A stretch of 64,000 bases of DNA from contig JAUCBJ010006780.1 in the NCBI GenBank assembly GCA_032718475.1, positions 1 to 64,000 of the forward strand. The letters are read 5' to 3'. Every line of letters starts with the position of its first letter. Position 1 is the first letter of the stretch. The notes below the pieces were generated by a model. That model did not search any database. It was not told where the DNA came from and saw only the letters and a list, made by a program, of their open reading frames with translations. Shown here piece by piece: positions 37,701 to 52,288 of the stretch. Origin of the DNA: Nemertoderma westbladi. Its lineage: Eukaryota > Animalia > Xenacoelomorpha. The position numbers and the translations under genes are program-made.

Positions 37701-40700
37701 TGCCTATTGCTTGACTGCCTGATTTTTTTGGTTATAGAGTGACTACTGACAGTCTGACCATGTGACTAATGACTACTAGCTGACTAGAAGTCTGACCATA
37801 TGGTTTCCCTCAATTGGTAAAGTAATCGTTTATTGTTTTGGTTAGAATAGCCCACCTAGGTAACCTGCTGCTTTCCCTCAATTGGTAAAGTGGCCATTTA
37901 TTGTTTTGGTTAGAAAAGCATGCCTCTGTAATCTGCTCCTTTCCCTCATTTGGGAAAGTGGCCGTTTATTGTTTGGGTTAGAAAAGCCAGCCTCTGTAAC
38001 CTGCTCTTTTCCCTCAATTTTACGCAAAACTTCATGGCTGCTTGCGTTGCCTGGGCGTCATACTCTATGGAATCTCTATCTGCTGCCTTAAAGCACCATT
38101 TCCAGTGGTCATGCCACTATTCGGAAGGCTGCATATACCTTTGGAATTCCTGGGGGTACCCTCTGGGAACAAGAAACTTAAATATAGTGATCGCTAATTA
38201 TATAGGTCAGGTGCTTAGATGTTTTCTCGGAAAAGCCAACGAGGAAACATTGGCCCAATATCTGGTGGTAATAGGAAAAGCGGGAATGGGGCTGTGCTGA
38301 ACCAACAAGAAATTCTAATTTTAATTTAAGTTAAGCTAATTCATTTTAATTTAAATAAATTAAGTTTAATTTAGTTATATATAGAGCTATAATTAGTTTT
38401 CATATATCCATATTGTTGCTGGATGTCATTTATTCACAAACATGCATATCTCTGTTAATTGTTGAAGGTTTGTGAAACACTTTAAATATTAAACATATGT
38501 GGCAACATAGACATGTTATATATCAAATTGTGCGCAATTTAATCTACATTCCCATGTGTTAATTAGAAATATTCCAATTACCCCATGTGAATTTCTGGTA
38601 GATTTAACTATTGGGAGGCAAACCCTGTTTCCATTTACCCCATTGTGGGGTAAATGGAAACAATCTCGACTTAAAAAAAATCTCGTCTGCCTGTCACTAC
38701 CAGATAGTGATAGGCAGACGAGATAGGATGTTCTATTGTTAGCAGAGAGATGCATGATTCCAAATCTATAGTTATATTTCCTCTATGAATGTTTGTGTAG
38801 AAATGAGGGCACTTTTAATTTTTTAAAATCCAAAAAGTGTTTCTAATTCCCCCACTTTTCTAGACATTTTTTCGGAAATTTCCAATTTTTTTAATTTATT
38901 ATATAAAGTTTACTTTTAATCATAAATATTTACAGAAATATCCTCATTAATTGCATAAAATAGTAATAAGATTTGAACTAAAATTGTGATTGTGAATTTG
39001 TGTTTAACAATTTCATTATTAATTAGATCTTTTATTGAACGCAATTTTGGAAAAATACATTTTCAATTTTAACTCTTTCACAATTTAATACTTCCTGTTA
39101 TTTTAGCAATTTATACACATTCTGAAAACACATAGGAAAACACAAGTAGAGTAAACAGAAACATTAGAAACAAGTGATTTCAGTGTATTCCTGTTATTTT
39201 AATGTATTATATAACTCCTACTCCATAGATAAAATCCCACTCAAAATGTAATGATTAAAGATCAAACATAATGTGTGACGGTGCCAAATGCGGCTGTCAA
39301 TGTAAATATAGCTATACCTTCCCACACAGAAAATAATTTTGCATAACTAATAATTGTAACTAGTAATTGTAATATTTTTATGGGAAGACATATACTTTAT
39401 ATTAGGCCACCTAATATAAAGGATTATTTAATTTATAATTTTAAATTTTTGGTGAGACTTTAATTGATTTTTGGCTTCTATTTCGTCAATATTTATTTTA
39501 TTTTAACTATGTTTTAGTTGTAACAGAAGATTCAACTTTTAGGAGACGTGACTTTGTTGTCTCTCTTCGAGGTCCAGGTCGCCAAGTTAGGGAGATTTCC
39601 GATACAAACCGCGCGGCCGATCCCCTGCACTTCGTGTTGTTTTTCCCGACTGGGAGGGACGGTTGGCACCCGGATATGTCACTAACACCCCGGGCTTTCT
39701 ATCGTTTTATAATTCAGATTAGGACGACGATTATCGGTGCTATTAAATTCAATCCTTTGCACTGGTGAGTTGCCGTTTATTCTTTATTGTTTGAATACCG
39801 GTACTGAGTGACATTTAATTGTGTTTAATGTTTAATATCTTATGTGTCAATATTAGATCAAATATTATGAGCCATTGATCTTGTAAGTACCGGTACCCTC
39901 CCTCGGGGCGGGCCACTTGTGTTTCATTATATTTGATTTATAAATTTACTTAACTTTATACTTCGGGGTCCCAGTCCGAAAAAAGATGGATCGGAATCGG
40001 GACCGGGATTGCATTTTTTGTCGGGATCCCGTTTAAACATTAAAACATGTATTATGTATATACTATTACTTTGTTGATTGCATGTAGTGGTTTTGGCGTG
40101 ATAAACATTTCGAAGGATGTATTATTAGCAAAGCCGGAGGAGGAACGTAGAACCTAATTTTTTTTTAAATAATATAATTTTCAATATTAGTGATTTCTGT
40201 AATTTAATCAAATAGATCAGATTAACATTATATTTAAAAAAAGTCATATTTTACAACCTTGTATATATTAATTAATAGTTTCATGATTTAATGTTTTACA
40301 GGGGACGCCGACTCTTCCAGGAGTATTTGTGCCTAGCACTCGCGAAAATCGAGAATCAGGACATGTTCTACTACACGTCGAACCAACAAAAATTACGTGC
40401 TGACAAGTACGGAAGATTGTGTGAAGCAGTGCATGCACACGATAATACCAATGAGCCCATAAGAGCTGGGAAGCTTGTCGTACTACCGCCGTCACACATT
40501 GGTTCCCCGCGATATATGCATTCTCATTTTCAGGTACATTATTTTGTTTTATGAAAATATAAAATACGAAAATAAGTTCTTCAAATTTATATTACATTTT
40601 TTAAAAGTGGTATTATAAATATATGCCTTTAGATTATAGAGATACTTTACATACTATAATATACTTACTTTACTTTTAAGTTTGACCTAAAGATATTTAT

Positions 40701-43700
40701 TTAATAATTTCCTTTTTGTGAAAAGTTTGAAACAATTTAACATTGAAATATAATTAATTCATTTTATTTTCAGGATGCCATGGCCATATGTCGCGAGTTC
40801 AAAAAGCCAGATGCCTTCATAACAATGACGTGCAATCCTAATTGGCCCGAGATTCTTGGGTCAATCTACCCCGGGCAGAAACCCGAGGATCGACCCGACA
40901 TCATCGCTCGGGTCTTCAATAACAAACTAAAGGAATTAATAGACGACCTCTGGGAGAGAAAGGTGTTTGGGAAACTCGACGCGCGGATACATGTGGTAGA
41001 GTTCCAGAAGCGAGGACTCCCACATGCTCACCTTTTGGCAATCATGTGTCCAGGGGATCGAATAACATCAGCGGATGAAGTGGACGCCATGATCTCTGCG
41101 GAATTGCCACCTGATCCGGCGGAATTTGCTGAGGGAAGCCCCGCGAAGGAGCAGGCACAGCGCCTTCTCGAAGCTGTGCTAAACTTCATGACGCACAGCT
41201 GCGGGCCCGCCTGTAAGAAAGTCGAAGGCGATGGCTGTAAGAAAGGTTTCCCTAAACTATTTTCCGATGCTACAACATGGGAGGACACTGCATTTTACCC
41301 GGAGTATCGTCGTCGACGTGGGAGGGCTGTAATTTTTAAAGGAAGAGTTGTGACCAACCAGTGGATTGTTCCGTATTCGCCATATTTATTGTTGAAGTTC
41401 CAATGCCACATTAACTTTGAAATTTGCATTTCGGCGCATACTGTAAAGTATTTATTTAAGTATATGCACAAGGGCGGCGATAGATTAATGGTTGGTGTGG
41501 ACACGAACGAAATTCGGAGCTATCAGAACCTGCGATACATCGGATCTCCAGAAGCTGCTTATCGAGTATTGGGATTCGATATCACACAGCAATGCCCTCC
41601 CGTCCAGGCTCTCAGAGTCCACCTGGAGAACGAGCAGACGGTGATTTTCAACGAGGAAAACGTTGCTGAAATCGTATCGCAAGGGCCAAAAGATACCGAA
41701 CTTACAGCGTTCTTCAAGTTCAACGCAAAGAATCCCTCAACGAACGTTACATATGTTAATTACCCAAAGAAACATACATACGACAGGAGTAAACACGAAT
41801 GGCACGTGAGAAAGAAGGGCTTCACTGTAGGTCGGGTGCACACCGTCCATCCCCTCGCCGGAGACGAATATTATCTGAGGCTGCTTCTGCATGAGGATCA
41901 CTGCTGCGGAAAGACAAGCTTCCAAGTGAGTTAAATTAATAATTGTCATTTATTTGTACGGAATTAATTTCGCACTATCAAATCGCCAGTGCAACATATT
42001 TTCCAAGTCATCGCAGTGCCACATTATTTATCAGAATGTCCCTACGCCATACATTTACTATGTATGTCCAATATATCCAGTATGTCACCGCGTAATAACT
42101 ACAAATAATTCCCCACAAATGAATAAAATTAGATTCTCCATTAATTTTCTCCATTCTCTGATTCTCCAGTTCATAATTAGCACTTTAAAGCTTTTATGGC
42201 CCTCGTTCTATTATTTCCTTCGCTGTCGCTCGGGAAACAAAATCATTCGTGCCGTAACGCTATGGAAAGAGCTATTTTATGAACTACAGGTCACGGTGCA
42301 ATCATTCTCGAACCAATAGTGATTTGTTGTTACCAAATAGAAAGCTGACCGTGCAAGGATTCCGAATATGTAAAAATATTTGAATTTGGTTGGGAAATAG
42401 CTGAGATATGGGCATTCGAAATTTGCATGTATTTGCTTCCTATGCAGGCCATTTATTCTATTAATAAATACACAATGTTCTAGAATATTTTGTTTATCTT
42501 CTATACATTAATAATATGGTCAACTGTGGAAAAACCTGCTGTCCGTATCAACTACCGCCAGTCTATCTCCAGCCAGCCAATCTATCTATTCCCCATTAGT
42601 GTTGCAGTTTTAGGCATACCTTTACAATTATAAATAAGCCGTATGTATCCAATATATCCGCAGCGGCACCGGGATTCTCTACCAACGCTGTTTTATTTCG
42701 AGCAAGGGAGGGGGGGGGGCTCAAAAATGACGTATTTACATAAAAGCACATATGTTCATTTGATTACATATTTGTCCCTTATATGATCCTTTAGTCTATA
42801 GTTAACCTCGCTCGGTATGGGCAAATTATATATCTCTGGGTGCGTTGGCGGGAAGTCTATTTGATATTCATGTAATACTATAGTTATTATCGTACTTATG
42901 TATTTACACTATAGCTTGTTAAATTATTTCAAACTGAGACACTTGGAAAGAGGTATGCTAAAAATTATGTCAAACCTACCATTTAGCATTTACCATTCCT
43001 AAAATTATTATTTTCTAGGATATGTTAACCATCGATGGAACAACATTTTCCACTTATAAAGAGGTTTGTGTGGAGTTGGGGCTACTACAAGATGACGGTG
43101 AATGGGAAAGAGCGCTGGTTGAAGCGGATGCAACTAAACTTTGCCATCAGATTCGCAGCCTCTTTGTTGTCATCTTGTTATATTGCAACGCATCGCGACC
43201 ATCGGTTTTGTTTGAGAACCACTACAGAGAATGGGTATATGATTTAAACAGGAAACATCCCAACGCTACCGCGGACCAACTCAAAGTCTTGATACTTTTG
43301 TCTTTGGAAGAGAAGCTGCAAGACAATTATAAACAACTGTCGGACTTTGGCCTTCCAGTACCAACTGTGAATGAGCGCACAGACATAGCTATCCTACAGA
43401 GACAACAGTTTGACAACCAACTTCCAGCCATAATCCAGGACGAATTGAGTTTCGTTCTGGAAGACGAGATGCTCACCGATTCAACTCGAGCGAATCTTCT
43501 CAATGCATCGCAAATAGCCATTTACCGAGAAATAAAAGACTCGCTAGAATGTGGTTAGTTTAATATTAATTTTCAAATTTTAATCGTGATAACAGCCGAA
43601 ATTAATTCCAAAATAACGAATTACAAAGCAACAATTAATAATTAATTGAGTATAATAAGCTTCGATTTTTTTCGGTTTTATTTCAAATTTAATTGATTAT

Positions 43701-46700
43701 ATATTATCTTTAATTCATTTGTGTATTAAATTGTGTGTGTTGAATCCACCTGTTATCAACGCACCGTCAGAGGAGGACTAGATGGTCCAGTTCAGGACTG
43801 TCATACTAATAATGTCTATTTATATAATATTATATTATTATAAATTGCCAATATTTTAATGCAGATTTATAATTCAAACAATTCAAAAACAATTTATGTG
43901 GCTTTTCTGTTAAGTACACTACAAATCTACCGGTACATAATATGACCTCAGTCAAACATTATGATGATACGTTTTATAATTGAATTGTATACTTATTTTA
44001 TTAATACAGTTTATATTTTACAAATCGCTGGAAATACTGCATTGACACGGCAAAAACACAATTTCAGAACTTCAGGTAATCACGAACTCGAAAAGCCGTT
44101 TTCATGTCTGAAATCACTGTTTCAGAATCGAACACGAACATGCTCAAAATTAGTTCTTCTTTTGGTCCCCTGGTGTCGTGGTTAAACTGGATCCCGATCC
44201 CGGGAAAACCGGGATTCCGGTGAAAAATACAATCCCGGTCCCGATCCCGACTTTTTTGGAACGGGATCCCGAAGTATAAATTGTAAGTAAATTTCTGGAA
44301 TATCCAACGGATATTTGAACCGGAACCTAAATAAATGTATTGATTATTATCGAATTGCCTGATTACTGGATGTCAGTAACCCATCCAGTAATTAACTGTA
44401 AATAAATTATAATATAATTTTATCTTACCTCTTACATCTTACTTATCAGCAGTGTGAAATAAAGTGATTTGGTTTTGCCAAAACCCGTTTTTTATTAACA
44501 CATCAATGTACTGAAAACCTTGAGTAAATTGTATTCAAAATTGCAATCCCGATCCCGAAGATCTGGATCACGAGAGTGACAATCCCGATCCCGGAAATCC
44601 CGTTAAGTCTGATCCCGTTTAAACACTAGCTGGTGTAATAATTCAATAATATTTTTTAGGAACTGCTCTATCGATGTTTGTGGATGCCAGGGGTGGTACC
44701 GGTAAAACGTACCTACTGAATACGACACTCTCTGCGGCTCGGACCCTCAGAGGGGATAAGCATGTGTCCATTGCCGTTGGAGCGAGTGGCATTGCGGCTA
44801 CTCTATTAAATGGCGGACGCACCTTCCACTCGCGATTCCGTGTCCCGTTGAAGAGTAGTAGTAACGAAACCTTCTCGATTTCATCAAACGATGCCACCGC
44901 CAGGCTTATCAGCATGGCCAATCTAATAGTTATTGATGAAGCTCCTATGCTTCATCGATTCCATTTAGAGGCCCTGGATAGAACATTGAGGGATCTTACT
45001 CAAGTAGAGCAGCCTTTTGGAGGAAAGCCCATGGTCTTAGGCGGAGACTTCCGCCAAGTTCTGCCCGTTATTCGACATGCATCAAGGTAAGGAAGGTCTA
45101 AGGTCCTTGCCTCATTGGTAAGTCATTTTATGTCGTTTTCAGATTTTGTCTTAGTCCGTGTGTTCAAATTTTCTAAATTATTTTTTCTAAAAAAATTTTC
45201 AAAATTTTCTCATATATGTACAAGATGCGTCTCCCATTTATTTCGGATTTGTGAGATTAACAACTTTGTGAAAAATTGTTTTTCTGAGTGATCAAAAAAA
45301 AATGTCAAGCGAAAAACGATGGGCATTTATTATGTCAAAATTTTACACGATGTAAGAGATGATGAGGACAAATTTAATGTATTATTCGCATGTAAGTTAA
45401 AACGAAAAGGATTACTGTACAATATTTTATGGCTTGCTGCTACCTAAAGTATCCAATCACAGACCTCCATCCTGCCCATAATCACTTTCGATTTTCGAGC
45501 CATGGGTTGTGAGTATAAGTATATGAGTACGACATATGAGTTATTACCAGTGGAGCACGGGACATATGATTTTTTTACGGCAATATTGTTGAATTTTCTG
45601 TTCTTTCTATTTTATTTGATGTTTTTTATCTTTCTGACATTATTAAACACAATATACCTATTGAAGATAGTCAATAATATTAAAAATCGTCAAAGTTAGA
45701 GAACATGTTGCTAGTGTAGCATCTCACTAATAACTTCCTCAGCTAGCAGTGCACCCTGCATTGGCGCTACAGGGTGGGGCTTCAAGTCACTGTTATTATA
45801 CTTCAACTGAGTCATTGGAAGCTCGTGCAACTGCGAGCAGTATTTAGTAAAGTATTCAATTCAAGTAAAGCAATAACAAACTCACATTACATCATATTAT
45901 AACGAATAGTTACAATTCAATGTTTATTCCTAATACATATTATTCCAGAGCCCAAGTTACCGATGCATCAATTCACAAGTCGCCTTTGTGGGAGCAATTT
46001 ACAGTGCGCAGTCTCTCGGAGAATATGCGGGTCGGGAGAAATCCCTCATTACAAACCTTCGACAGATATCTGGAGCAACTGGGTAATGGGCAACTCCCAA
46101 TTGTTGAAGAGCCTGATTGGATAGAGCTCCCATCCGATATGGTGTTTCATATCAACGATTCCTCCCCAGATGAATACAAATCATCAATCAAAGAATTCGT
46201 AAAGTGAGTTCCTACCACGAAAACAAGATTATAACCTCAATAATGAATATTTAATTAGATTATTGACGTAGACTTTGGGCAAAACCAACAAGCCCAAAAC
46301 CCTTGGCTTTATTGATCACAAAGCTGTCCATAAATTATCAATTACGGCACTATTTTTTCAGCTTATTTTACACATTTCCTACCAAATAATACAGTTTGCT
46401 CAAAATTATTGAAACCCCCTTCCATATTATTCATTCATATTCACATAAATACTTTTTCCGAAATAAAATAACCCTAAATCCTATAAATCAACACTTAAAA
46501 ACTTTTGTCATTTAAATCCTGTACTCATTCTCCGCATACCGAAATATTGTTAATCCCTATAAAATTGTTTAATTGTTCTATGAAATTCAATTTGTTATCG
46601 CTGGCATTTATTTTTCTCATTGTTATCCCCCTGGAAGGTTTGACACCCCCCCCCCCCGTCTCCCTCCACATCAATAACATTTACATTATCAATGTTTGTT

Positions 46701-48445
46701 CATTTCAGGTTAATATTTCCTGACATTGTAGTCAAATTCAACCACCCGGGTGCCGAATGGAGTGACTGGATTGCCGAGAGGGCTGTTCTCGCTCCCAGGA
46801 ATGAGGCAGTGGACATGCTTAACAATTTCATAACGGGTCTTCTTCCTGGCGAAGCGAGCTTCATACTGAGTGCCGATTCCACTGAAAACTCGGATGACGT
46901 CACGAGATTCCCAGTTGAATTTCTCAACAGTTTGACACCAGCTGGTCTCCCTCCACATACCTTAACCCTCAAGGTATCAGCCAAGCTCTTTCTTTATTCA
47001 TTTAAACTCTGTTACTATATGAAAACGTTTTAACAATATGAATTTAACATTTTTTAACTTTAGCTCTAATTCCTTCGGCTCTGCTAAGAAGACTTGAATA
47101 AATTAATTAATAAATGTTCATTATTCCCACAGCTCTAATTCCTTCGGCTCTGCTAAGAAGACTTGAATAAATTAATTAATAAATGTTCATTATTCCCACT
47201 GAGTTAATATAATGACTTAGCGGAAAACGAGGATTAATGTGTTAAATACTTGTGGCGAAGCCTTTTCTTATATTAAAATTGTGCTTGTGTCATAAAAGTG
47301 AGTACTGTAAGAGGGCAAATAGTCACGAAAATTATTAAATTACGTGTTTTGTAGATTTCTCACTTTCTATTGGAAAGGAACAGGTTGCAATGTCTCTAAC
47401 CAAAACAATAAACTAATTTCCTATTTTATTTCTATCATTTTCCCGCTTTGCGTCCGTATTTATCTTTGTGGTCATTTTCCATCCCTTAAGTTATTAAAAC
47501 GTGTGTTGTGTGGTTGAAATATCATTGTGTAACAGTGTATCCGCAATAAGTTGTATCAGATGAAGTCAATCCTGCTTAATTACCATTAATTGTTTTTTCC
47601 ATAGCCTGGAATCGTGCTCATGCTGTTGAGGAACTTGAACCCACGTCAAGGACTTTGTAACGGTACAAGGCTAATCCTAAGGAATGTCACCAACCATTTA
47701 TTACACTGTTTTATTTCTTCAGGTAAATGTAACTAACTTTAGCTGTATTTAACAACTTTCCGGTATTTATCATTATTTTCATGATTAATCTTAAAAATTA
47801 AAATATACAAATGATAAGCGAATTTGTAATGATTTTTCTGCGTATTTATTGTTGGCACTTAGCGAAAACCTACACTAAACGGTTTCATTAACCCAATAAA
47901 TCGTAGAACGTAAAAAGTTTAGTTTAACTATATTTTTTAATACAATTAAATTTTGTTTATTTTTTCATTGTCAAGAAAATTTAACAACTATAATCGACTT
48001 TTAGCCTTATTAACTGGTATCAATAATGCAATGCCTATATTACCCCCCCCCCCCCCCCCCCCCGGGTTGTCGCGTTCTATTATTAATAATATCCACGTGC
48101 AGTAAAATAAAGTTAGAAATTATTGTTTCAATTATCACAGGTAGCCACGCCGGAGATGAGGTCCTCATCCCTCGAATAGAATTAAACACCACCGAGGAAG
48201 ACATCCCAATCAAGTGGCGGCGGCGCCAATTTCCCGTCCGTGTCGCCTTCTCAATGACCATAAACAAGGGCCAAGGCCAAACGCTAACTGTAGTTGGCGT
48301 TTGGTTGAAGCAGCCTTGTTTCGCCCACGGCCAACTCTATGTGGCGTCATCGAGAGTTGGAAACCCCCATAACCTTGTGTATGCCATTAAGAAAACAGAC
48401 TGTGGACTAACTAGGAACGTAGTCTACCATGAAGCTTTGTTATAG
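34766..48445 (+). CDS. Helitron Rep/Helicase (HUH-Y2 endonuclease plus Pif1 SF1B helicase), 11 exons, ~1574 aa, no disruptions seen
   Basis: Exons 34766-35561, 36570-36962, 39518-39764, 40302-40533, 40774-41925, 43019-43553, 44660-45086, 45949-46203, 46709-46973, 47605-47722 and 48141-48445. All are GT-AG and phase-consistent (4725 nt). Motifs: CxxC..CC zinc finger, DPLHFVLFFPTGRDGWH, EFQKRGLPHAH, YLFKY, GGTGKT, IDE, GDFRQ, LCNGTRL, TINKGQGQT, HGQLYVASSRV. Confidence 0.95.
37209..38862. mobile_element. Degenerate TIR element in RepHel intron 2
   Basis: GTGGGGGAATTAGAAACA near 37218 is inverted as TGTTTCTAATTCCCCCAC near 38838. No clear TSD. Confidence 0.55.
44178..44628. mobile_element. MITE with GATCCCG-rich subterminal repeats in RepHel intron 6; related fragment at ~39940-40040 in intron 3
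   Basis: The ends GTTAAACTGGATCCCG / GATCCCGTTTAAAC are inverted, and 39940-40020 is the reverse complement of 44220-44295. Confidence 0.55.
47062..47199. repeat. Exact 69-bp tandem duplication in RepHel intron 9
   Basis: AGCTCTAATTCCTTCGG...TTATTCCCAC occurs twice in tandem. Confidence 0.9.
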
Positions 48446-49956
48446 TAACTTTCGTAACTTTGGTAACACTTTGGTAACTTTTGCTGATAATCTCGCATTT
48501 AATTTTTTTATCAAAGAATTATAATATTATATTTTTGCCATCAATGAATTACATACATACAGTATCAGCGAATCTGCCCCGGTTGATAATGTTATATTTA
48601 TTTTGTTCCTGCATTAAGACACACTGATATAAATAATGTTCTTTCTCTTAAAACCGCAACCCACTAATATAATGAAATATAGTAGAATAGTAATACTCAA
48701 CATTTCATTCTAATTTAATTATTTATTCTTGTTAGAGAGACAGCGTGATATAATAATAAAACTCTCTAACGCTTTTAAAGAGATAATGTAAGCGATTTGT
48801 AGCGTGATTATAATAAGGTATGGCAGAGGAAATTGTACCAAATGATCACTTACTTGATAATAATAATTAATAACAAATTAATTAATGATATACATAAATC
48901 CAGAAATAAAAAATAGCTGCATTGCAGTTATTTTATAGAATTGGTATTCTCCCTTTACTAACTACACTGCCGTTGTATATGGTAAAACACTGTATCTTGA
49001 AAAATTTCGATTTTAATTTTTACATCGATTCTGGGTTTCGAACCTGCTCTTTCTTGTGGTGCCATTCGTTTTCTACCATTTAGTATAGTTTACAAGTTAG
49101 ACTGTATCTCGCCAAATCACGTATTTTGGGAAAGGTTAATACGGTAAAACACTGTATCTCTACTAGATTCAGTGTTTTACCATACAACTGTTAGATACAG
49201 TGTTTTTGTATACAGCTGAGTTTTAATTATAAGAGTTACAGTGTTGTTCTTCAACGAAGCATTACATACAAACTCCCTGTTACCGGTACTTCATATTTAA
49301 TTTCAGTTAGTGAGTAACATGCAGACTTGCATTGACTTTCAATTTAATATAATGCAGGTGTTAGTTAGTTTTTTTAGTACAACATACCCAACCAACTTTG
49401 TATATTTTAACAAATTGTATTATTTTGACAATATTCTATGCATTTATTCTGATTTTCATTTCCTTGTAGAATAAATAATAATATTTCATATTTCACCTTA
49501 TACATTCAATTTGTGAGTTTCACGAAAAATTAAAAAACGGATGTGTTATATAGAATGAGAGAGAGATGGGAAAGGCACGTAAAATAAACCTTAAATAATT
49601 TCAAATAGCTGTATTTGAAAACACTGTATGTGTACCGGCTTGTAAAATAACGTATCAAAAACACTGTATCTGAAATTTCAAAGATAAAGGTGTATGTCAA
49701 AACACTGTATGTATTTTCTAAAATCAAATGCTTAAGGCTATCAAAATTAATTAATTAAAAAAAGTAACCAAAAAAATTCCCCGGTTTTCCTCTTCCCTGT
49801 GATATAAAAATCATCTGATCTTGACTTATCAGATTGTTACAATTTGGATTGAAAGTCCGGTGTATCGCTGGCGTATGATGTGTATTGCGAATAAGCTAAG
49901 GCGCTTGCGAATTTTTCACTGTGTGATACAGTTAATAATTTGTTTATTTCTGATAG

Positions 49957-51719
49957 TTAGGTTAAAAGTATTTCGGATACTTTTAGTATTTTCTTTTTAA
50001 CCTCCCCAGCATCGTCCATGCTCTCCAACGCGGCCCCCCACGCAGCAACCTGGCTATCGATTAGCCTTTTTAGTGGTGGCGTTTGGGCGGGAGAAGATCC
50101 CGATCCCGATCCTCTCGGTATAAATGGGGAGGAGGTACCCAAATAGGATGGGGATGCCGGTGGTGGTGGGGTTGCAGGTGGCGGTGGGGTTGCCATTATC
50201 TCCTCTTCGTAGGGGAGAGGGACCCCCGATACCACCGTGGTGGTAGCTATTACCTCCTATATTAAAACATAAATTTTTTGAAATAATATTAATAACAATC
50301 AGCGGAGTGTTTAAAAGGGATCAGACTTCTCAGGATAAACAGGTTTTAGGGATCGGGTATAATAATATATATTGTTCAAAGCGCAATTCACAATATAACA
50401 GAACATAATTAAATACATAAAGGCCGATTGAGTATATATCCTAAATATGAATTAGATCGACAGAAAATTAACTTCTCCATCAGTTATTAAAATTGTGGAG
50501 AAAAAATTGAATTCCCACAGGAAATTCAATTTTTAATACAGTTTAGTTATCTACATTATGTGGCGGTGTAAGTATGAGACGGATTTAGACGTAACATTCT
50601 CACTTTGTTTCATACAGCTGAAGTATAGTAATACAGTAACTAATATATCCTTAACTAATGTAATAATATACAACTTACCTTCCCTGTGGTCCGGGCGGTG
50701 CTGTACAAGGTTTTCAGGCCTTGATAGTGCCGCACTTTTAGATTTCTGATTTCTACTATACTGCCTTTCGGCAGATTTAGTTTACTCTCTGGGAACTTGG
50801 ACGGTTCCCAGACTGTTAATGAACATTCGTTGACCCCATCTCGTAAGGTGTATACCCTGATGGGGACTTCTTTCACCACATTATCTCTTGTGACCACAGC
50901 CACGTCGTCTTCTACGTGGTCCACGTAGGCAACTATGGGGCCTATAGTATAAATAAACAGACAATGAAATAGGTTATCAAAATATATGTAAATATAAGAA
51001 ACCTCAATAAAAACAGTATAAATCGCTGTTTACCTTTTTTCATATTTCTCCTGTATAAGTACTGTAATACCGGTACCTATTACCATGATCAGCCACAACA
51101 GTTATGTTTTGGTTTTGTCATTAATGTACAGTAACTTTCGGATACGTTTTGGGTAAATCTTTCAGATATTCGCGTAGCTACGGCAGTTTGACGCATTGCA
51201 TCTTATATCACCAGTTTCAGAGTTTGAACATTAAATTCTGTACCTGTTTGTGACGCGCGTGGCTACGCTAGATGCGACACATCACTACACTTGTGCTAAC
51301 CTTAAGTAAGTGTATGTGGATGTGCTAATGTGCTATACATAATCTTAAAAAAACGTGAATACTACGTTATTATACTGTAGTTATTAGAATCAACATTTGA
51401 AACTGAACGCCCGTTTACTGATACCCAATTAAACGCCCGTTGGACTATATATTGCACTGAATTTACTGATGAAAGCCTACTCTATGTGCCTCAACATAAG
51501 TCAGTATAAGTATAGGATATGTATATTACAATTATTTATTACCTAGGCCTACTGTATGCTGGTATGAGTCAATCTGGTGGATATTATTATATTTAACGAC
51601 CAAAGTAAAGGCTACATCTGCTGTGTTAAACAATAATCTATTAACATACCTGACAAGAAACTTCCAATAGCTGCATTTACTAATGGTCCCAAACTCATAT
51701 CGGGAAGTTCTTCCCCCAT
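49957..51719 (-). CDS. Helitron-borne OB-fold single-stranded DNA-binding protein (RPA/SSB-like) with a Pro/Ser-rich tail, ~210 aa
   Basis: Exons 51719-51650, 50941-50679 and 50256-49957, GT-AG and phase-consistent. YTLRDGVNECSLTVW...GSIVEIRNLKVRHYQGLKTLYSTART fits the OB-fold beta-strand pattern. The start and last exon boundary are uncertain. Confidence 0.7.
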
Positions 51720-51768
51720 GTCTTCGACCAAAACAAATAAATATAAAATAAATGGATATTGCAGATAA

Positions 51769-51897
51769 ACTCGATAACACAAAATAAAATAACAACTATG
51801 CTGCTAAACCTACGCAACTGTAGCTACGGTAAACTCGATAACACAAAATAAAATAACAACTATGCTGCTAAGCCTACGCAACTGTAGCTACGGTAAA
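51769..51897. repeat. ~62-bp tandem duplication upstream of the OB-fold gene
   Basis: TAAACTCGATAACACAAAATAAAATAACAACTATGCTGCTAA.CCTACGCAACTGTAGCTACGG occurs twice. Confidence 0.85.
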
Positions 51898-52288
51898 GGA
51901 ATTATATATATACATACCCACATAGAGATACAGGCCAGACCAATGTAAATAACCACCCTAATAACCAATCAGGTTCTTTACTCAATAAGACTCCACCATA
52001 TCTGCTTGCATTAAGTATAGGATAATATTCAGGGGTGAATGTCTGAATGTTTATTGTTTATAATTGGTATAATTCCCTTAACCCTGTTCATGAATCATAA
52101 ACCTGTCTCATAACTCATAGATGCACGTGACCTTAGTTAGATGTTATGTATGGCTGCTATGGATATGGGCTGATAGATTGATTACCTATCATTGTGGCCG
52201 ATAGGTTTGGTGGGTGATGGTTTGCTGACATGCAATAAAACAAGCTTGCCAGCGAGAGCTGTAAATAAAAAAAGACGAATCCATTACT

